From positions 1-47,020 of the IMG/VR virus record IMGVR_UViG_3300028138_000007: 47,020 nucleotides of DNA; one strand, 5' to 3'. The translations under genes were made by a program, and so were the position numbers. Below, in pieces: positions 43,692 through 47,020 of the stretch; position 1 is the first letter of the stretch, and each line of letters begins with the position of its first letter. The notes beneath the pieces were generated by a model. That model had not been told where the DNA came from. It was given only the letters and a program-made list of their open reading frames with translations, and ran no database searches. This DNA is from a virus. Its lineage: Duplodnaviria > Caudoviricetes.

Positions 43692-43933
43692 GTCATTGGT
43701 GGATACGGGAATAATTCAATTTTGTAGTAAGCGTTGGTAAGCCAAGATGCAGCACACTTCGTAGAGCAAAAATGATGGTCTAAGCGAGGGAGCAATAACC
43801 CGCCTTTTGCGCTGTAAAGGTCACATGTTGAAGCAAGCAACACTAAAGGCGGTTCACCCTTGAAATCCTTCTCGCATTCATCACATTGGAATGTGTAAAT
43901 TTCACCTGCACCCTCCCGAAACCACAAACGCAA
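43688..43933 (-). CDS. small Zn-binding protein (CxxC...FCSxxC), start uncertain
   Basis: CDECEK...HHFCSTKCAASWL. The GTGA overlap at 43905 is out of frame by one base, so the true start or a 1-nt indel is unresolved. Confidence 0.5.
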   Translation of the reverse strand: MRLWFREGAGEIYTFQCDECEKDFKGEPPLVLLASTCDLYSAKGGLLLPRLDHHFCSTKCAASWLTNAYYKIELFPYPPMT

Positions 43934-44228
43934 CCAGCGCCAGGACCATCCCTGCGATCATGGTGTAAATCCATTGTTGACGCTCTTGTGAGAGCTTCCA
44001 GCGGTCGAACGGAGATTGCTCTTGCGCTTTCGCTTCTTCAGCGGTTTTCCGTAAGGCTGGAACGTCCCACCCAAGTTGGGTCAATCGTTCTGCTTTTTCG
44101 GGGTCGTTCACTTGCTCAAGAATCCAATCGGCATCGAACTGCCTGCGTTGAGTTATCACGTCTTCACGCATCACCTTGCGCCAACGGCGAAGCAATTCAG
44201 GCGGGAAGTGTTTTTGCACGGGGATCAT
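43902..44228 (-). CDS. hypothetical protein with C-terminal TM helix
   Basis: ATG 44228; WIYTMIAGMVLALVAFVV. Confidence 0.6.
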   Translation of the reverse strand: MIPVQKHFPPELLRRWRKVMREDVITQRRQFDADWILEQVNDPEKAERLTQLGWDVPALRKTAEEAKAQEQSPFDRWKLSQERQQWIYTMIAGMVLALVAFVVSGGCR

Positions 44229-44230
44229 AA

Positions 44231-44305
44231 TTAGTATTCCAAGGCCAAAAGCATCCAAGCTCCGGCCACGAGCAAAGTAAAAGCGACTATGATAATAGCG
44301 ATCAT
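44231..44305 (-). CDS. 24-aa hydrophobic peptide
   Basis: MIAIIIVAFTLLVAGAWMLLALEY; ATGA overlap with upstream gene and fills the gap exactly. Confidence 0.45.
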   Translation of the reverse strand: MIAIIIVAFTLLVAGAWMLLALEY

Positions 44306-44625
44306 ACGCCCCCTGATCTTTCTATATCGTTAGCGTGTTCCGCCTTCCAGTCTTCAGCTAGATTGCGGCAGTCTTCGGCGGACAGTTCCGGTGTTTCTTC
44401 TGCAATCTCTTTGTCTTCTTCGTGCTTCACGGATAATAGCAGCGCACGATACGCCGCTTCCTCGGTGGGGCCGCTGCCGCCGTTGTTCGCGGCAGCGTCC
44501 GATGGGCAACGGGAGTTGCCGCACCAAACTATCGCGTACGGGCTTGGATTCTTATCGCTCTTTTCAGGAGCGAATTTCCATTGCAACGGATGCTCACATG
44601 ACGGACACAAAAACTTGGACTTCAT
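44302..44625 (-). CDS. Zn-ribbon protein (Lar-like CPxC...CxxxxC)
   Basis: ATG 44625; CPSCEH...VWCGNSRC...GPTEEAA. Confidence 0.55.
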   Translation of the reverse strand: MKSKFLCPSCEHPLQWKFAPEKSDKNPSPYAIVWCGNSRCPSDAAANNGGSGPTEEAAYRALLLSVKHEEDKEIAEETPELSAEDCRNLAEDWKAEHANDIERSGGV

Positions 44626-44870
44626 TCTGGTTTCCTTTCGTTCACCCGCGCCTCTGCCTGGGTGTCTAGTTGTTCTCGTTGTTTCCACAGTTCCGGCAAC
44701 TCCGGGTGCGTCTGCGCGATCCAGCCGGAAATAATCTGCTCTGCCAGCGCGTCCACCGTCGCCGGGACGGCCAGCGCCTCGCCGACTTGCGATTGAGCGC
44801 GGACGATGCGGGTTAGCATCCAACGAGTCTGGTTCGTGATTGCTACGTTAGCTTCGCGCATGTAGTTCAT
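44622..44870 (-). CDS. hypothetical protein
   Basis: ORF track; A-rich leader; ATGA overlap. Confidence 0.6.
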   Translation of the reverse strand: MNYMREANVAITNQTRWMLTRIVRAQSQVGEALAVPATVDALAEQIISGWIAQTHPELPELWKQREQLDTQAEARVNERKPE

Positions 44871-44877
44871 GGTTTTT

Positions 44878-44933
44878 TGGTCGGAAACGGCGGGCCAGCC
44901 TGCGTCCAGTCTCTACCTGACCCGCCGTGCCGA
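44878..44933 (-). other. Long intergenic hairpin ending in CCA
   Basis: TCGG-C-ACGGCGGGTCAG/CTGGCCCGCCGT-TT-CCGA-CCA. Confidence 0.55.
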
Positions 44934-44939
44934 GAGTGT

Positions 44940-45440
44940 TCAGAAGGGCACGGAGTCCGATTCATCAATGGCATCAGCCAGCTTTGTTCCCAACTTATCG
45001 CCGCTCATCGCCGCAATCGCCATCGCCCGCTTGTTCATTGAGCCAAGCAAAGCGTTCAACCGGTTCGGGTCCATCGGCTTCGCTCCACCACCGCCAGGAG
45101 CGTTCAGCCATTTGATTTTCAGCCTGCGCTTGCCCTCGTATTCCTCGAACTCGGTAGTAATCGAGCACGCCTTACCGGCCAGTGTGGTTTTGCCAGTGGC
45201 CAAGCTCGCCAGGTCGCCGTTGAATCCAAAGACTTCGGCCAGCCGTTTGATCGTGCCTTCAAAGGCGTTATTGGACAGCCAGCCTTGCCACACAGCGCCT
45301 TTGCCGACTTCGGTTCCTTCGCTCACGACAACAGGAATGCGGATAAATGGCGTGTCGTTTTTGCCCTGCTCGCCGATCCAGCCAGCCGTGGGTAATGTTA
45401 CAGTGCAGTCGAAACTGCCTTCCTTGTTTAGGTATTCCAT
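44940..45440 (-). CDS. single-stranded DNA-binding protein (DUF669-like)
   Basis: OB-like beta pattern, EEYEGKRRLKIKWLN, acidic C-terminal tail ending DESDSVPF; adjacent to the annealing protein. Confidence 0.7.
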   Translation of the reverse strand: MEYLNKEGSFDCTVTLPTAGWIGEQGKNDTPFIRIPVVVSEGTEVGKGAVWQGWLSNNAFEGTIKRLAEVFGFNGDLASLATGKTTLAGKACSITTEFEEYEGKRRLKIKWLNAPGGGGAKPMDPNRLNALLGSMNKRAMAIAAMSGDKLGTKLADAIDESDSVPF

Positions 45441-45459
45441 AGTTTTGTTTTCTAAAAAG

Positions 45460-45564
45460 TGAGCGCGGTAGAGAATTTCACTCTACACGATAGCTTAGTG
45501 GCTTAACAGGCTACTGCTATCCCATCCCGACTTAACCACGTCTGTCTTATTCCAGCACGCGCCC
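45460..45564 (-). ncRNA. tRNA-like RNA with extended arm ending in a CT-GTT-AA loop
   Basis: GGGCGCG/CGCGCTC-A acceptor, TG, D-like CTG-GAATAAGA-CAG, T-like GTAGAG-TGAAATT-CTCTAC. Confidence 0.5.
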
Positions 45565-45569
45565 ATAAA

Positions 45570-46691
45570 TTATTTCTCTTTCGATTCTCCTGCTCTAGTT
45601 AGTTTGTCGCCGACTTTGATTGCGGTTGCGGTATGGCCCTTATCGTCCTGCAAAAAGAAGATTGTTGCTTCTGTGCCTTGTGCGGCCTTTGCTGCTTCGC
45701 CGACGCTCTTACTGAACGTGTTGAATTGAGTCTGCGGCGTTTGAATCTCGTAAAGCGCCCATTTCTTTTTGTTGGTGACGCCTTCCTTTAACACTACTGC
45801 GCCGATTGTGACGAACACTTGCTTCTCGCCAACCTCAGCGCCGGGAATCTGTTGGCTGTTCGCTTCCGCATACGCTTTCAACCTCGTCAAAAACCCCGCC
45901 ATGTCCTTACGGATCGCCGCCAAGCTGTTTTCGCTGAGTCCAGTTAAATCCTCGTTCGGCATCAGCGCCGATGACGCTTCCCCGCCGTCCGGGGTGTGGC
46001 TGCGCAAGTAGGGAATGGCCCATCCTGCAATCTCAGCGCCGACTTGATCGTATAGCCACGAGATAAAGACCTTGAGCCGTTCGGCGTGGGGCTTGTCAGG
46101 GTTCTCCTGCTTCTTTTGCTTTGGCGGTTCTTCGGGTTGCGTCTGGGTCACAGGTTCAGCCTGAACATCAACAATCGTTTCAGGACCGCCAATCTCGCCC
46201 GGAGCATAGCACCCGCTCATCTTCGGCTCGAAGCCGATGGACTTCAAACCCGCCGTTATAACGCGAGAGCGAAGCATGGCCTTGGGGTATTTCTTCCAGT
46301 TGTCGCCGCCAAGCATCGCCCGTTTTGCATCGTCCATTGAAAAGGTTTCGATATGCGGATCACCGTTGGGATGCTTCAGCTTCAGCGTGGCCTTGGACTC
46401 CGTTAGCTCGGTGAACTCTGCCGTTCCGCCGTCACGCTTGAAAAGGGAAAGCTGCAAGTCGGCGGAAAGCTCAATCTTGCCCTTGATCATGTAAATCGAA
46501 CGCAGTGCCAACATCGGCCCAATCCCAAGCTCCCGGCCTGAGAGGATGATAGCCACCGCTTGGCCTGGGGTCTTAATATGGTCCGGTAAAAAGCCAGTGG
46601 GGACAAGTTGCGATGCCAGTTGCATCAGCGCAGGAAGGTCCGCAACGTGAGTTGGCGGGACAACGGTTAGGTTTAGGTTTTCTTCGTTCAT
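45570..46691 (-). CDS. recT: RecT/Red-beta family single-strand annealing protein with C-terminal extra domains
   Basis: GFLP..IK...A.AIIL.GRELGIGPMLAL.SIY.IKGK...WKKYPKAMLRSR signature. Confidence 0.75.
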   Translation of the reverse strand: MNEENLNLTVVPPTHVADLPALMQLASQLVPTGFLPDHIKTPGQAVAIILSGRELGIGPMLALRSIYMIKGKIELSADLQLSLFKRDGGTAEFTELTESKATLKLKHPNGDPHIETFSMDDAKRAMLGGDNWKKYPKAMLRSRVITAGLKSIGFEPKMSGCYAPGEIGGPETIVDVQAEPVTQTQPEEPPKQKKQENPDKPHAERLKVFISWLYDQVGAEIAGWAIPYLRSHTPDGGEASSALMPNEDLTGLSENSLAAIRKDMAGFLTRLKAYAEANSQQIPGAEVGEKQVFVTIGAVVLKEGVTNKKKWALYEIQTPQTQFNTFSKSVGEAAKAAQGTEATIFFLQDDKGHTATAIKVGDKLTRAGESKEK

Positions 46692-47005
46692 AGGTTCGCT
46701 TGTGATTTCAAATTGGCGGCTTGTTCGCGAGCTTGTTGTGCCAACAGCCGCAACCGTTCCGCGTTCGCCTCATAAGCCGCTGCCGCTTGCAAGAGCGCCC
46801 GATACTCCACGCGCAACGGAATTTTCACAATGTGTGGGCCGATCTCCTGATTGATTTCGCCTGACAGTTTGGCAACCTCGCCGTCCAGAATGCAGGAGGC
46901 GCACAGCGCAACCAGATCGCCGTTCGGCAATCGGTGGGTGTGCTCCGTCATTGCGCCACATCCGTTACAGCGGCGGTATCGGTCCTGCTTGGCGTAGATA
47001 GCCAC
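46688..47005 (-). CDS. hypothetical Zn-binding/coiled-coil protein
   Basis: CNGC...LCASC; ATGA overlap with recT-like gene; start may lie beyond the window. Confidence 0.55.
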   Translation of the reverse strand: MAIYAKQDRYRRCNGCGAMTEHTHRLPNGDLVALCASCILDGEVAKLSGEINQEIGPHIVKIPLRVEYRALLQAAAAYEANAERLRLLAQQAREQAANLKSQANL

Positions 47006-47020
47006 GCGGCGATCGAAAGC

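Larger units (their letters stand above)
1..47020. mobile_element. Tailed bacteriophage genome segment (podovirus-like Caudoviricetes; phage or prophage, ends not visible)
   Basis: Terminase, portal, scaffold, capsid, tail nozzle/adaptor, ejection proteins, primase/helicase, RecT-like and SSB-like genes in tightly coupled operons; no host housekeeping genes. Confidence 0.95.

Noticed and set aside
44887-44928. Resemblance of GGTCAGGT...GCAG to SRP RNA helix 8
   Set aside because: No GNRA-capped 3-bp stem or AGCAG symmetric loop, and the CAG pairs perfectly in the hairpin stem instead.
45460-45564. tmRNA or functional tRNA-Asn
   Set aside because: Too short for tmRNA with no tag ORF; arm lengths, T loop and missing CCA are incompatible with a canonical tRNA.
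1-47020. Alternative genetic code (TGA or TAG recoding)
   Set aside because: All large genes are intact in code 11 and many TGA stops form ATGA overlaps; the only tRNA reads TAA (Leu), not a suppressor anticodon.
1-47020. CRISPR array, diversity-generating retroelement, integrase/att site
   Set aside because: No regularly spaced nucleotide repeats, reverse transcriptase motif or recombinase motif was seen; repeats found are protein-coding.
46990-47020. Window being a complete circular genome joining 47020 to 1
   Set aside because: Both ends are minus-strand early genes, which is compatible, but no terminal repeat is visible and the joined helicase C-terminus is not convincing; cannot be supported.

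Overview
The window is a continuous, densely coded stretch of a tailed dsDNA phage (Caudoviricetes). Its architecture is podovirus-like: a P22/T7-type tail-nozzle and adaptor gene, three ejection proteins ending in a 2132-aa giant, and no tape measure or sheath gene. From left to right it holds: (1) 1-4260, minus strand: a replication block with an AAA/RepA-type helicase truncated by the window edge, an AEP-like primase, an HNH-like gene and small ORFs. (2) 4398-7067, plus strand: a RusA-like resolvase locus, a DEDDh exonuclease, structured intergenic RNAs, an HNH gene and tRNA-Leu(TAA). (3) 7070-28056, minus strand: a late operon with large terminase, a four-gene glycosyl/methyltransferase cassette, portal, scaffold, HNH, major capsid protein, CxxC-repeat proteins, a signal-peptide-bearing fibre protein, holin-like membrane proteins and lipoproteins. 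(4) 28111-42252, plus strand: a divergent tail/ejection operon. (5) 42287-47020, minus strand: an early block with a RecT-like annealing protein, an SSB-like protein, small ORFs and tRNA-like RNAs. No integrase, repressor, CRISPR array, clear endolysin or small terminase was recognised. A Verrucomicrobiota host is a weak inference from gene style only. The most unusual observations are: an HNH nuclease carrying two copies of a motif nearly identical to one in the capsid scaffold protein; a RusA-like resolvase whose N- and C-terminal motifs sit in two different overlapping reading frames; a fibre-like protein with a Sec signal peptide inside a Cys-rich virion gene set; a recurrent non-canonical late-promoter motif; and a set of tRNA-like, C4-like and other structured RNAs. 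All product calls come from motif recognition by eye, not database searches.
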